From Basidiobolus meristosporus CBS 931.73 (lineage: Eukaryota > Fungi > Basidiobolomycota), in the NCBI GenBank assembly GCA_002104905.1, contig MCFE01000740.1, positions 1 through 40,649 on the forward strand: a DNA stretch of 40,649 bases, in the 5' to 3' direction. Shown here one piece after another: positions 21,604 through 34,156 of this stretch. The notes below the pieces were generated by a model. It saw only the letters and a list, made by a program, of their open reading frames with translations, was not told the DNA's origin and did no database searches. Numbering within the stretch: the stretch's first letter is position 1; the number at the start of each line of letters is the position of its first letter. The position numbers and the translations under genes are program-made.

Positions 21604-24543
21604 CCTATATATTTGATAACTGCAAGTTTGACCTTGTACTTGGGAAAACCTGGCTATTTTGTTATAATCCATCAATCAACTGGAGAACCCATGCTACTCA
21701 GATCCAGAAGGACAACAAAACCTATGATCTATTACCTGCCAGACTGGATTTTAGCTTGGTCAATTCCAGAGTGTGTGAGACAAGTGAGCTTTGCAAGACA
21801 CAGTTCTGTAGAGCACTAAGAAATGGCACCCAGATGTTCCTCATGGTAGTATTACAGGAGGATTCCTTGACTCCAGTACCCCAGTAGGTCTAGACTCTTT
21901 TGAAGTAGTATTCAGACGTATTTCCAGAAGAGCTTGTAAGCCTACCACCAGTCAGAGACATGGATCATGCCATTGACACAGGAGATAGCCCTCCAGTGAG
22001 TAAGACACCTTACAGAATGAGTCCATTGGAGTTGGAAGAGATGAAGAGACAAATAGATCAGTTACTGGAGCAGGGATATATCAGACCCAGCAAGTCACCT
22101 TGGGGAGCACCAGTACTTTTTGTGAAGAAGAAGGATGGAGCACTTAGGATGTGTGTTGACTACAGAGCCCTCAACTCAGTTACCATGAAGAATAAGTACC
22201 CCATACCTTGGATTGATGAGCTCTTGGACCAACTCAATGGAGCCACTATATTCAGGAAGATTGATCTCATGTCAGGATACAACCAGATTAGGGTGAAGCC
22301 AGAAGACATCCCTAAGACAGCATTCAGGACCAGATATGGACATTACTAGTACTTAGTCATGAGTTTTGGCCTTACCAATGCCCCAGCAACATTCATGACC
22401 ATAATGCAGACTGTTGTCCAGGAGTACCTAGACAAGTTTGTCATAATCTACCTAGATGATATATTGATATACAGCAAGACAGAAGAGGATCACTTGGTGC
22501 ACATTAAAAAGGTCTTGAAGATGCTAAGAGACAACAAGCACTATGGCAAGCTACCCCAGTGTGAATTCTTCAAGGAACATGTTGAATATCTGGGACACAT
22601 AGTGACTAGCACAGGTGTAACCTTAGACCCTAGGAAGGTTGAAGTAATCAAGAATCTGAAGCAGCCCCGGAGCATATCAGAGCTCAGATCATTCCTTGGA
22701 ATGGTCTCCTATTATCAGAGATTTGTCAAGTCCTTTGCAAGTATTGCGGCCCCTTTAACTGATATACTCAAGAAAGACAATACCTACAAGTGGGACATAG
22801 CTTGTGAGACTGCCTTCCAGACGCTCAAGAATGAACTTGCTAAGCTGCCAAGCTTAAGAATACCAGACTTCAGAAAAGAGTTTACTATATGCACAGATGC
22901 TTCAGATTATGCAATTGGTGGAGTGTTGAGCCAAGAACACAAGGGAAAGGACTACCCTGCCCCTTTGAATCCAAGAAACTGAACTCAGCAGAACAAAACT
23001 ATCCAGTCCATGAGAAGGAGATGCTTGCTACAATACACTGTTTGAAGACATGGAGATGCTATATTGAAGGAGCCAAATGCACTGTGAAGACTGATCATGC
23101 CTCCCTCAAGTATGTATTCACTCAGAAGGTACTCTCTAGAAGAATGACAAGAAGGAGTGAATACATTCAGCAATTTGACTTGGAGATTGTCTACTGCCTT
23201 GGAAAAAACATCACAGTCACTGATGCCTTATCAAGATTAGATCAAGTTGCACAACTCAACTTGGTGCATGAATCAGATTGGCCTAGCCTATTACCAAAGT
23301 GCTTGGAGGACCAAGCCATTCCTAATGAGGTGGATGAAGATATCAAGAAGGTAATCTGGGATGAAGCAAACAAATTTGTAGTACAGGATGAAACACTCTA
23401 CCAAGTTGTTGATGGAAGCCCTATTGCCTATTGCCCTTGTGTTGCTTGTCTGGATTTAATACATAAGCTACACAATGGATATGGACATTTTGGAATTGAA
23501 GGAACCTATAGTCTTGTGAAAGCCAGAGCATGGTGGCCCAGAATGACACAAGACATTGAGAAGCTAATGAAAACATGCCCTGATTGCCAAATCAACCAAG
23601 GCCAACCACAGATAATTGCTGAACTCTTTCCCTTGGAACCTGTAAGACCACTTGAAAGATGGGGAATTGACTTTATTGGAAGACTGCCAACTACAAGGAT
23701 ATGCAACAGTTGGATCCTAGTAGCAATTGACCATGCCACAAAATGGCCAGTGGCTAAAGCTGTACCTATAGCCAGTGAACAAGAAGTTGCAAGTTTCATT
23801 TACCATGAAATCCTTGTCAAGTTTGGATGCCCTGTAGCAGTTCTATCTGATAGAGGTGCAAACTATTTGGCAAAGACATTGGAAGCTTACCTGGAAATGC
23901 AGCAGATCAAACACTTGAAAACCTTAGCATATCACCCCAGAACTAACGGAGTTACTGAATGGTTTAACAGATCATTTGGAAAAATGCTGACCAAGTATGC
24001 AAATGGAATTGTCAGTAGATGGGATGAGTATATAGACCAAACACTCTTTTCATGCAGAGTCAGAATACACAACACCACCCAACAATCACCATTTTACTTA
24101 GTGTATGGATGTGAACCAAGGATTCCAGGAGATCTCACACAACCAAAGCTTACAGACACCTTAGAAGATGAGCTCAGGCAGCCAAGTAGACACCAGCAAC
24201 TGGAACAAAGACATCAAGAGGCACAGACCAAAGTATCTCAAAGTGCAGAAAAGATGAAGCAGAGATTTGATAAGACTATAGCACCAGAAGCATTGACAGT
24301 TGGGAACTTTGTATTGCTAAGAAACAACGCTTGAAAGCAGTTTGAGCCACAATGGACAGGACCATTCAAGATCATCAGAGAATGTCCATTTGCAACTTAC
24401 CAACTAGTGGACAAACAAGGCAATATCCAGGAAGGCTTAGTGCATAGGGACAGACTCAAGCTTGCAGGACTTGCTAATAATACAGAACTATCAAGATATT
24501 GGTATCACAAGAAAAGAGATTTTGGAGAACCCTCTCAACTTTA
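21604..24543 (+). pseudogene. G2 pol pseudogene (RT, RNase H, integrase)
   Basis: ORFs 21960-22349 ([15 protein letters not shown]), 22359-22982 ([13 protein letters not shown]) and 22889-24334 (GHFG, CPDC, WGIDFIG, SDRG, YHPRTNG). Frameshift at ~22960 and stops. Confidence 0.92.
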
Positions 24544-24554
24544 GCAGGGGAGAA

Positions 24555-24923
24555 TGTTATGATCTGCTGCTTGAATATTTAGGTTAGATCAGTTTTTAGT
24601 CAAATCAACTAGTTATTTGTTTAGGTTATCAGTATGTCAGTATTATCAAGCAAATCAGTAACATTAGTCAGCAAATAAATCAGCAGATCCATATCAGACA
24701 GAAATAGATATATTAGGTAGGATCTTACTGGGTGATGATGATGCAATCAAATGAGTCATCAGCCACAGCCTACATTAGGAAATACAGTTAGTCAGCAATT
24801 GATCTGGCAAAATATATATAAGGAGCTGCTGGAATCTCAATAAAGATCAGTTCAAGTACTGGTGAATACATTACTACCTAAACTCTCTATTCCTCTAGAA
24901 GTCTTATACCAAGACTTGTAACA
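24555..24923 (+). repeat. 3' LTR of G2 (369 bp)
   Basis: TGTTATGATC...CTTGTAACA; TATATATAAGG at ~24812-24822 and AATAAA at 24839-24844. Confidence 0.92.
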
Positions 24924-26888
24924 TAAGTACTCCTGGAAGACTGTCTGCATCAGGGTTATGAATGTTGCAGGGGCATTTGTGAGGCTAAAACTCATGACTA
25001 AGTACTTGTAATGTCAATATCTGATCCTGAATGCTGTCTTAAGGATGTCTTCAGGCTTCATCCTAATCTGGTTGTATCCTGACATGAGATCAATCTTGCT
25101 GAATATAGTGACTCCATTGGGTTGGTACTCCCCAAGGTGACTTGCTGGGTCTGATATATCCTTGCTCCAGTAACTGATCTATTTGTCTCTTCATCTCTTC
25201 CAACTCCAATGGACTCATTCTGTAAGGTGCTTTACTCACTGAAGGGCTTTCTCCTGTGTCAATGGCATGATATACATCTCTGACTGGTGGTAGGCTTACA
25301 AGTTCATTTGCAAATAGGGCTGAATCTTCCTTCAAGAGAGTCTGGACCCTCAGAGGTAATGGATTAGAGCAATCCTCCTGTAATACTGCCATGAGGAACA
25401 TCTGAGTGCCATTTCTTAGTGCTCTACAGAACTGTGTCTTGCTAAGTTCACTTCTTTCACACACACTGGAATTGAGCAAGTTACAATCCAGTCTGGCAGG
25501 TAACAGATCATAGGTCTTGTTGTCCTTCTGGATCTGAGTAGCATGGGTTCTCCAGTTGATTGATGGATTATGACAAAATAGCCAGGGTTTTCCAAGTACA
25601 AGGTCAAGCTTGCAGTTCCCAAATATATAGGCCTATAGATCTTCTTCATAGTCATTGATCTTCATCCTTACTGGCTGAGTAATATGGCTGATTATGTGAG
25701 AGTTCCCATCATCTGTTGAGACTAAAGTAGACTTGGTGGGTTCTGAGTTGATTCCAGCTTTCAAAGCAAATTGCTCCTATATGTACTCATCCAATGCACC
25801 TGTGTAAATTATGATCTTAGCACGCACTCCAATGATTACTCCATTCAAGTATAATAGCTTTCCTGAGTTTGAGGTCATCTGGGATAGGTATTCTTCTGTC
25901 ATATGCAAGGTGAGCTCTGAGTCTTCTTCAAGTTCATCATCCATGCTACTATGCTCCAGGGCTTCAATATGGTTAAAGGTTCTTGATGGCTGGTGTCCAT
26001 TTCTTCTCTGAGGGCAGTACTTTGCAATATGTTCCTGCTGGTGGCAATTAAAGCAGAGTCCTTTCTTCTTACATTCTTCTGAGATAGGATTCTTCTGCAT
26101 AGCATCTATTTCCATTGGTACTGCTTCTGATTGTCTTCTTTCATAATGATTGTAGCCTTTCTGATTAGTCACTTTCCATTGGAACTGCTTCTGACTGTCT
26201 GCTTTCATAGTGATTGTAGCCACTCTGCTTAGTCATGGTGGGCTTCCCAACTCCAAATATAGCTGAGTCATAGTCAATGGCAATCTTGATGGCTTCTTCA
26301 ATAGTCTGAGGTTTTTGATAATTCACTTCCTTGCAAGTTCTTTCTTTCAACCCATCATTAAGTATTCAACTTGATCCAGAGGGTTCATTCTTTCAGCTTG
26401 TCAAAGTAGACATCTATATTCATAGCTGTACTCTTGGACCATTCCTTTGTGTCTGAGTTTCTTTGACTTTCTTCTTAGTAGTGTCTGTTGTTAGGGGGGG
26501 GGGTTCAAAGGCATCCTGAATTTTGGACACAAACTCATCCCAGGTGCAATTATAGAGCATCCCATCATGATGGCTGACCTGATCTTGTTGTGGTACCACT
26601 GTAAAGCTGCATCTGCCAGGTAAGAGGATGCATAATATAACTTGTTTTCGGGAGCAGTTCCCTTAGCCTTGAAAGCTTCCTCAATCTGGAAAAGCCAAGT
26701 TCCCAGGTTTTCATTCACACTACCATGGTACTGGTTGACCTTCACACTAGAGTTGCTCTTGACAGGGTTTTGCTGGCTTTGGCCATGGTAGTTATTCATT
26801 GTTACTGTTGGCTAAGGATCTGGAGTAACTGTTGCTGCTGGGCCAGAATTTGCTGCAAAGCACTCTTCCATTCTTGATTTTTGGACAT
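24924..26888 (-). pseudogene. G1 gag-protease-RT 5' part
   Basis: ATG at 26888 (MSKNQEWK), WLFQIEEAF...YLADAALQWY capsid, CFNCHQQEHIAKYC knuckle, SPWG. 119-bp deletion in RT near 25117; poly-G frameshift near 26495. Confidence 0.9.
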
Positions 26889-26934
26889 CTTGAGGGAGGC
26901 TTCTTCTTTCTTCAAGATGGAGGTTTCTGGTTAT

Positions 26935-26945
26935 TGCTTCTACCA
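26935..26945 (-). other. Primer binding site of G1 (degenerate)
   Basis: Minus strand TGGTAGAAGCA, one base after the LTR end. Confidence 0.65.
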
Positions 26946-26946
26946 A

Positions 26947-27315
26947 TATTACAAGTCTTGGTATAAGAGTTGTAGAGGAAAAGGGAGTTTAGCTAGTATT
27001 GTATTCACTAAAATTGAAACTGATTTTTATTAAGGTTCCAGCAGCTCCTTATATACATATTGCCAGATCAATTGCTGACTAATTGTACTTCCTAATGTAG
27101 GCTGTGGCTGATGAGTCATTTGATTGCATCATCATCACCCAATAAGATCCTACCTAATATATCTATTTCTGTCTGATAAGGATCTGCTGATTCATTTGCT
27201 GACTAATGCAACTGATTTGATCTATAATACTAATTTACTGATAGACTGAACATTTAACTATTTGATTTGACTAAGGACTGATCTAGCTTAAATAATCAAG
27301 TGGTAGATCATAACA
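26947..27315 (-). repeat. 5' LTR of G1 (369 bp)
   Basis: TATTACAAGTC...GATCATAACA. Confidence 0.92.
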
Positions 27316-27642
27316 AGTATATGTTTAGCAATTCTGGACTAGATTGGTCACTGTAGGACTAATTTACAGCCCTAACTTTGCCACTTTCTTCAGATCTATG
27401 AGCCTATGATTACTCTCTTATTGTCAAGATCATGTTAGCACTTTTACCAAACATTATGTACTAACCCTGAAGCTGTTACCAAATGCTCCTGGATGTTGAG
27501 AAGCCCTTGTTACTTAGTGTTACAGCTGCATTACTTACAAAGGTATAAGTACTGAGTTTCTTTATGAGTAAACAACAATTCAACTATTATCACTAATTCT
27601 TCATAAGTTCCTTATATCCAAATTGCTTTTCAAGTTGCAACA

Positions 27643-27655
27643 GGTTATGAGCCCC
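27643..27655 (+). other. Primer binding site of copia C2 (half-tRNAiMet type)
   Basis: GGTTATGAGCCCC after the LTR end TTGCAACA. Confidence 0.88.
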
Positions 27656-27678
27656 AGTAGCCTTAATCTATTCTAAAG

Positions 27679-30600
27679 ATGATATTAACCAGCAAACAGA
27701 ACAATACAAAAATCTTCCCTCTAAAGGAGAGGTTTGATGGGAAGAACTACAGACTTTGATGAGTCAAAATGCATATTCACCTTGAGGTAAGAAAGCTTTG
27801 GAATAAAGTAACAGGAAGAGAAGTTGAACCCAAAGGAACAGCAGCAGAAGGTGAAAAGTTTCAAGACAAGGAGAGAAAGCTTTTAATGCCATATATATCA
27901 ATGTGCAAGATTCCTTCATTGGACAAATGCATGCTTCAAATAATGCCAAAGCAGCATGGGAATCCTTAGCAAAGATCTTCAGAGCAAAGTCAGTATCAAG
28001 CAAGTATTACTCTGGATAAAGTTCTTCAACATGAGGGAGAGCCAGATGATGACATGCTGCAGCTCATTGACAAAATGGAGATGCTTGCAGGAGAGCTTTA
28101 CAGTACTACTGCTGGTGTAGATGATGAAGAATGAATAACCTATCTGCTTTGCAGTTTACCAGGCAAGTACTAGCCACTCATATTTCTTTTGAAAGCAGAA
28201 AAGGCAATCTGACTTTAGACTATGTCAAAGTGAGACTTTTGCATGAAGAACTCTGACCTGATGCTCAAGCATATAAAATAAAGATAATGCATTATTCAGC
28301 TCAGAAGGTGCACAGCAAAGAAGGGAAAGCAACAAAACCAAAGACAACCTGGTTACTGTAACTACTGTCAGGAGCCAGGACACTGGGCAAAATATTACAA
28401 AAAGAAACAGGCAGACAAAAACAGGAATTGGAGCACGCAAACCATATTACTACTGATGAACAGTTATTTTTAATAGTACAAGAGTGTACAACTAACCAGA
28501 GTCATGAATGTTATATTACTTCTGGAGCATCACAGCGTACTTGCAATACTACGGAGTGGCTCAGCAACTAAAAGACAGTTTGTTTAAGAAAGTTTTATCT
28601 AGGAGACAACTCTGCACTAAAAGCTACCACCAGTGGGTATATACAGCTATATATGAATTATATCTCAGCAGCAACAACAGCACAACCAACTGACATACTC
28701 TATGTGCTTGGAACAGCTAGGAACCTACTCTCAGTCAGTAAGGCAACTACTCAGGGACTAAAAATTGCTTTTACCTTGCTCAGCTGCTCAATAATGAGTG
28801 AAAATGAACAATAATTAGCTTTGAGAATCAGAGATCACAATATGTACAAGTCACAACTCAAGATCATTGTACCCAAGGGTGTAAACATTGCTGAAATTGC
28901 TGAAACTGACTGGAAGACATGGCATAGGAGGCTAGGACACATTGGGGAACAGAGAACATGCCAATTGGTGAAGAATCAACTTTTTTTGGGCTTAAATTGC
29001 TCAATTCCAATCAGATTGAGTGTCAGTATGGGATATTTGTATGGTAAACATGCTAGGTAACATCTCAGGAGCTCAGGAGGTATTAACACCACCTAACTAT
29101 TGGCTATTGTGCACTCAGACTTACGTGGGCCCTGGAGAACAATGTTCTTTGGAGCCAAGAAATAATTCATGACATTTACTGATAACAAGACAAGATATAC
29201 ATGGGTGTTCCTTCTCCAGACAAAGGATGAGGCTTTGGAGACATTGAAGCACTGCATAAATGTAGCAGAAACACAAACTGGGCTCATATTGAAGGTACTT
29301 TGAAACAACCATGGAAGGGAATACTGCTCAAGGGAGTTTGCAAGATACTGCACATCTACTGGTATTCATCAACAGACCACTGTTCCACACACTCCACAGC
29401 AAATGGAGTAGCAGAAAATGCAAATAGAGCAGTATTATAGATGGAAAGGTTAATGCTACATGACAAGGGTATGAACTAAAGGTTTTGGGCTAAATCTGTT
29501 GTAACTGTAGTATATCCACAATAGATGGCCAACATTAGCACTTTGTGCCTCTTCACCCTTTGAGTCATTTATAGGCAAAAGACCAGACCTCCAGCACCTC
29601 AGGATCATTGGCAGTGATGTTTTCTATCACTTTACTGACAAAAAATATTGATAGTTGGAACCAAAGAGTAGAAAAGGGATATTTTTTGGGTATTTTGAGG
29701 TTACTGAAGGGTTTAGAGTGTATGATGGCAAGGTTTCAAACCTAATCAAGAGCAGGGGCATTGTGTACAAGGACAATTCTGATCAGAAAGCCCCTGAAAT
29801 CATTGGCCAGCTGCTTAATGCTGCAATTAACACTAATGAAAAAGATACATACCTAATTCAGCCAGATACAGAAGATAATTCTACTAGTTACAGATCATAG
29901 TAGATTATTCCAGTTGGGAGATCTATCAGAATAAACAATACACCTGAATCCAGGTGGCAGATATCCAATGATCATGAAGAATCTTATCTTGCTTTATGTG
30001 CCAAACCTCAGTATCTGGAACTGGCAATGCAAAGTCCAGATGCTATAATGTAACAACAAGCAATGCAGCAGGAATACCAACCACTGATCAAGGCACAAAC
30101 ATGGGAACTGGTAGATTTACCAAATGGGAGAAAGCCAATAGGATGTAAATGGGTTGAAAAGATAAGGATAGCCTCAAATGGTACCATTGATAAGTACAAG
30201 GCTATATTGGTGGCTAAGGGCTATTCCCAGATCCAAGGACTAGATTTTAAGGTGCTATGATCTACCACTTGATTGTTTAAGTTAAATCAGTTATTAGTCA
30301 AATCAATTACAAATATGTTTAGCCTATCAGTATATCAATGTTATCTATCAAATCAGTGGTATTAGTCAGCAAATAAATCAGCTGATCTTTATCAGACAGA
30401 TGTAGATGTATTAAGCAGGATCTTATTAGGTGACAATGATCATATTAAAGAGCCACAACCTACATTAGGAAAGACAATTAGTCAGCAATTGCTCTGGCAA
30501 AATGATTTAAGGAGCTGTTGGAACCTCAATAAAAATCAGTCCAAGTCTTAGTGAATACAACACTAGCTAAACTCCATATTCCTCGACAACTCTTATACCA

Positions 30601-31860
30601 AGACTTGTAACAAAGGAAACACTTGCTGTGGTTGTCAAGTTCAACTCCAATAGGACAGTTCTAGCCTTGGCAGCTATACACAGACAAGATTTATAACAAA
30701 TGCACATCAAATCAGTCTTTCTAAATAAGGATTTGCAAAAAGTATATATGGAGCTACCAAAAGCATTTATAGATCCAAGGGCATCATTAGGTGTATAGAC
30801 ATAAAAAATTGTTGTATGGGCTTAAGCAGGCGCCTAGAGCATGGTATATCAAGATTGACACGTATATGGAGGAAATTGGGCTCATTTATAGCACTGCAGA
30901 TCACACTATATATGCAAAACATCTCAAGATGAGAGGGATCATCCTGGTTGATTATGTGGACAACCTATTATTAGCTACAAGCAACTAGGAGGCACTTAAA
31001 CAGCTAAAATCAGATCTCTTTAGTAAGTTTGAGATGAAAGACCTTGAAAAATTGGGCTATTTTCCTGGAATTGAAGTCAAACTTGATATAGCTATGCAGA
31101 AAATTACACTGAATCAGTCCAAGTACATCACAGATATTCTTAGATGCTTTGAGATAAAAAATTACTAACCTGCAGCTACCCCCATAGACAATATTATGAA
31201 ATTGGGCAAATCCTAGCCAGTTTTAGGTAATAATGGCTCATCTATTGGCCAGAACTTTTATTGCCAATCAATGGTTGGTTGCCTGATGTACTAGATGGTG
31301 TCTACACATCCAGATGTTGCAGTGGCATTTGGAATATTCAATTCATGCAGTATTATGGATCAGATCAAATTACAGCAGTTAAGCAGACTTTCAGATTTCT
31401 CCAAGGTACCATAAGTATGGTGATGAAATACTCTGGAGCAGCTAATAGCCAACATTTTGATGGTTATAGTGATTCAGACCTGGGTAAAGATCTGGGTTGC
31501 AGATGCTCTATCACTGGGTGTTTATTTCTTTATGCTGGTGCAGCTATTACTTGGAATTGCAAGAAATAACCAACTGTGGCCCTATCTACAACTGAAGCTA
31601 AGTATACAACAGATTGTCAAGCAACTAAGAAGGCTATATAGGTACAAATATTATTCAAAGACTTGGGTTTTAACTCAGATTAATATGCATGTATTTGCAA
31701 GAATAATTAAAGTTGGATTTTGCTAGATAGGAATTCTCTAATCTTGCACAAACTAAGCACATATATTTACAACACCACTTTGTTAGGGAAGCCGTAGAAA
31801 ATAACTTAGTAGAGTTAGTTTACTAGCCAACTGACAAAATGGCGGCATAAATATTGACAA
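27679..31860 (+). pseudogene. copia C2 gag-pol pseudogene, heavily degenerate
   Basis: ERFDGKNYRL, WKTWHRRLGHIG, VHSDLRGP, WELVDLPNGRKPIGCKWV, LYGLKQAPRAWY, YVDNLLL, GYSDSD, ITWNCKK; many stops and frameshifts. Confidence 0.88.
30253..30612 (+). mobile_element. Solo LTR of family G in C2 RT
   Basis: TGCTATGATC...CTTGTAACA; perfect TSD AAGG (30249-30252 / 30613-30616); host reads GLDFKETL when joined. Confidence 0.92.
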
Positions 31861-31874
31861 AGCCACTGGTTAGG

Positions 31875-32070
31875 CTACAATCTCAGAATCTCAGAGGGAA
31901 ATTAGAATGAAGAAGTTATTTGGTTGAGAGGGAGTGTTAAAACATTGGACTATCTGGTATCATTCAGCAGCTGAAAAGATTCTTTACAGCTCTAGTCTAG
32001 TCTGGGTCATTGTAGGACTAGTTTACAGCTCAAACTTTGCCACTTTTTTTAGATCTAGGATCTTATAATG
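31875..32070 (+). repeat. Truncated 3' LTR of C2
   Basis: Starts after the PPT and matches the first ~195 bp of the C LTR, then switches to C integrase-downstream sequence. Confidence 0.82.
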
Positions 32071-32074
32071 ATAA

Positions 32075-32583
32075 CACTTAAGGTTGGATCTAAAGAGTAT
32101 GAAAGAGATCATTGTAGGCCTTTATGAAGATGCTAAATGGTCTAGAGTGTATGATTGCAAGATTCAGAGCTTATCAAGAGCAGGAGCAATGTATTTGAGG
32201 TAAATTCAGATCATAAAGCTGCTGAGGATGTTGGCCAGCTACTTGATGAGGCTTTCATCACTAAAGAAGTAGATATTAACCTTATCCAGCCAGATATGGA
32301 AAAAACTCCACCAGCTTCAGGTCAGAAGAGATTATCCATGTTAGGAGATCTACCAGAGTTAGAAAAACCCCTGAATCTTGGTGGCAGATATCCAATGACC
32401 ATAAAGAAGCCTCTCTTGCCTTATGTGCCAAACCTTAATGTCTGAAACAAGCTACACAAAGTCTTGATACTACCATGAGGCAACAAGCCATGAAGGAAAA
32501 TACCATTCCATGATTGGAGCAAAAAGGTGGGAACTGTAAGATTTACCAGATGGAAGAGAGCCAGTGGGATGTATATAGGTCTC
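32075..32583 (+). pseudogene. Family-C fragment (probably the right part of C0): post-integrase region to RT start
   Basis: Homologous to 29650-30160 (RVYD..IKSR, LIQPD, WEL..LPDGREPVGC). Confidence 0.78.
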
Positions 32584-32735
32584 TATTGAAAATCAGACTA
32601 TCTGGTATTGTTCAGCAGTAAAAAGTTTACCTATCAATTCTAGACTAGTCTTGGTCACTGTAGGATTAACTTACAGCCCTAACTTTGCTACTTTCTTCAG
32701 ATATACAATCATATGACTACTTGCCTATTGACAAG

Positions 32736-33105
32736 TATTTTAATCAATTGCTTGAATGTTTAGGTTAGATCAGATCTTAGTCAAATCAATTAGTTGTATC
32801 TTCAGCCTATCAGTATATAAGTGTTATCTGTCAAATCAGTAGCATTAGTCAGCTGAGTAGTCAGCAGATCATTATCAGACAGGAGTAGATATATCAAGTA
32901 GGATCTTATAGGGTGATGATGATGCAATCAAAAGAGTCATCAGCCACAACATACATTAGGAAATACAATTAGTCAGAAATTGATCTGGCAAAAATGTATA
33001 TACTGAGCTGCTGGAACCTCAATAAAAATCAGTTCAAGTTTTAGAGAATACAATACTAGCTAAACTCCTTATTCCTCTACAACTCTTATACCAGGATTTG
33101 TAACA
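32736..33105 (+). mobile_element. Solo LTR of family G in the C3 5' LTR
   Basis: Degenerate start TATTTTAATC, end TTGTAACA; perfect TSD CAAG (32732-32735 / 33106-33109). Confidence 0.9.
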
Positions 33106-33324
33106 CAAGATTAAATTAGCACTTTTATTAACATCATATATTAGCCTTGAAACTGATAAAGAATGCTCCAGAGTGTTGAGAAGCTCTTCTCAAGTAGTTT
33201 TAGAGTTGATATACCTATACAAAGGTAGGGATACTGAGTTTCTTTATGAACAAACAACTGTTCTACTATTGTCTCTATTTTTAGATTAATATCTTATGTC
33301 CAAAACACTTCTTAGATTGCAACA

Positions 33325-33338
33325 GGTTATGAGCCCTG
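33325..33338 (+). other. Primer binding site of copia C3 (half-tRNAiMet type)
   Basis: GGTTATGAGCCCTG, a 14-nt complement of CAGGGCUCAUAACC. Confidence 0.9.
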
Positions 33339-33781
33339 ATTGCCTTAATTTGATCAAAGATGACATCTACCAGCATACAGAATAACACATCCATTTTCCC
33401 TTTGATGGAATGGCTGGATGGAAAAACTACTATCCCTGGAGATTAATATTTAGTTCCACTTTGAGGAAAGAAAACTTTGGAACATAGTAACAGGAAAGAA
33501 AGTTGAGCCCAAAGGAACAGCAGAAGAAGTTGAACAGTTTCAAGACAAGGAGAGGAAGCTTTTAATGCCATATATATCAATGTGCAAGATTCCTTCATTG
33601 GATAAATTTGTACTTCAAATACTGCCAAGCAGCACGGGAATCCTTGAAGAAAACATTCAGAGCAAATCAGAATATGGTCAAACATATTCATGTATTTACT
33701 TCATATCAAGCTCTAAACTAGGGCAGTAGGCAGCTCCAAAGCATTTTCACATAGTTTCATTTGAAGTAGCTACAGACTTAT

Positions 33782-34149
33782 TGTTACAAGTCTTGGTACA
33801 AGAGTTGTAGAGGAATAGGGAGTTTAGCTAGTAATGTATTCACTAAAACTTGAACTGATTTTTATTAAGGTTCCAGCAGCTCCTTATATACATATTGCCA
33901 GATCAATTGCTGACTAATTGTATTTCCTAATGTAGGTTGTGGCTGATGACTCATTTGATTGCATCATCATCACCCAATAAGATCCTACTTAATATATCTA
34001 TTTCTGTCTGATAAGGATCTGCTTATTCATTTGCTGACTAATGCTACTGATTTCATAGATAATACTGATATACTGATAACCTAAACATATACTAGTTGAT
34101 TTGACTAAAAACTGATCTAACTTAAACATTCAAGGAGCAGATCATAACA
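33782..34149 (-). repeat. 3' LTR of G3 (368 bp)
   Basis: TGTTACAAGTC...GATCATAACA, followed by the PPT complement TTCTCCCCTA. Confidence 0.93.
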
Positions 34150-34156
34150 TTCTCCC

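Larger units (their letters stand above)
21281..24923 (+). mobile_element. Ty3/gypsy element G2, inserted antisense into G1 RT; 5' LTR end, PBS and gag deleted
   Basis: Partial 5' LTR 21281-~21603; 3' LTR 24555-24923 preceded by PPT TAGCAGGGGAGAA. 4-bp TSD TAAG (21277-21280 / 24924-24927) restores the G1 RT. Confidence 0.93.
18615..27315 (-). mobile_element. Ty3/gypsy element G1, nested in the C2 5' LTR, carrying G2 and a MITE
   Basis: LTRs 18615-19197 (includes the MITE) and 26947-27315. Perfect 4-bp TSD AGTA (18611-18614 / 27316-27319). PPT at 19198-19207. Gypsy domain order gag-PR-RT-RH-IN. Confidence 0.93.
18572..32070 (+). mobile_element. Ty1/copia element C2, 5' LTR split by gypsy G1, RT interrupted by a solo G LTR, 3' LTR truncated
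   Basis: 5' LTR = 18572-18614 plus 27320-27642 (~366 bp). PBS 27643-27655; degenerate gag-pol 27679-31860; PPT GAGAGGGAG 31866-31874; 3' LTR starts 31875 (TGTTAAAAC) and breaks off near 32070. Confidence 0.88.
32584..33670 (+). mobile_element. Ty1/copia element C3, 5' end only (LTR split by a solo G LTR, PBS, gag start)
   Basis: LTR = 32584-32735 plus 33110-33324 (~367 bp). PBS GGTTATGAGCCCTG 33325-33338. gag ATG at 33360 (..VEPKGTAEEVEQFQDKERKLL). Confidence 0.86.

Noticed and set aside
24330-24554. Chromodomain or env-like ORF after the G integrase
   Set aside because: Integrase ends ~10 bp before the PPT, leaving no room, and no aromatic-cage chromodomain pattern is seen.
26491-26505. 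TTAGGGGGGGGGG as a telomere seed or functional G-quadruplex
   Set aside because: It is a single homopolymer expansion of the Pro-Pro codons (GGTGTGGAGG in G3), causing a frameshift; no tandem TTAGGG.
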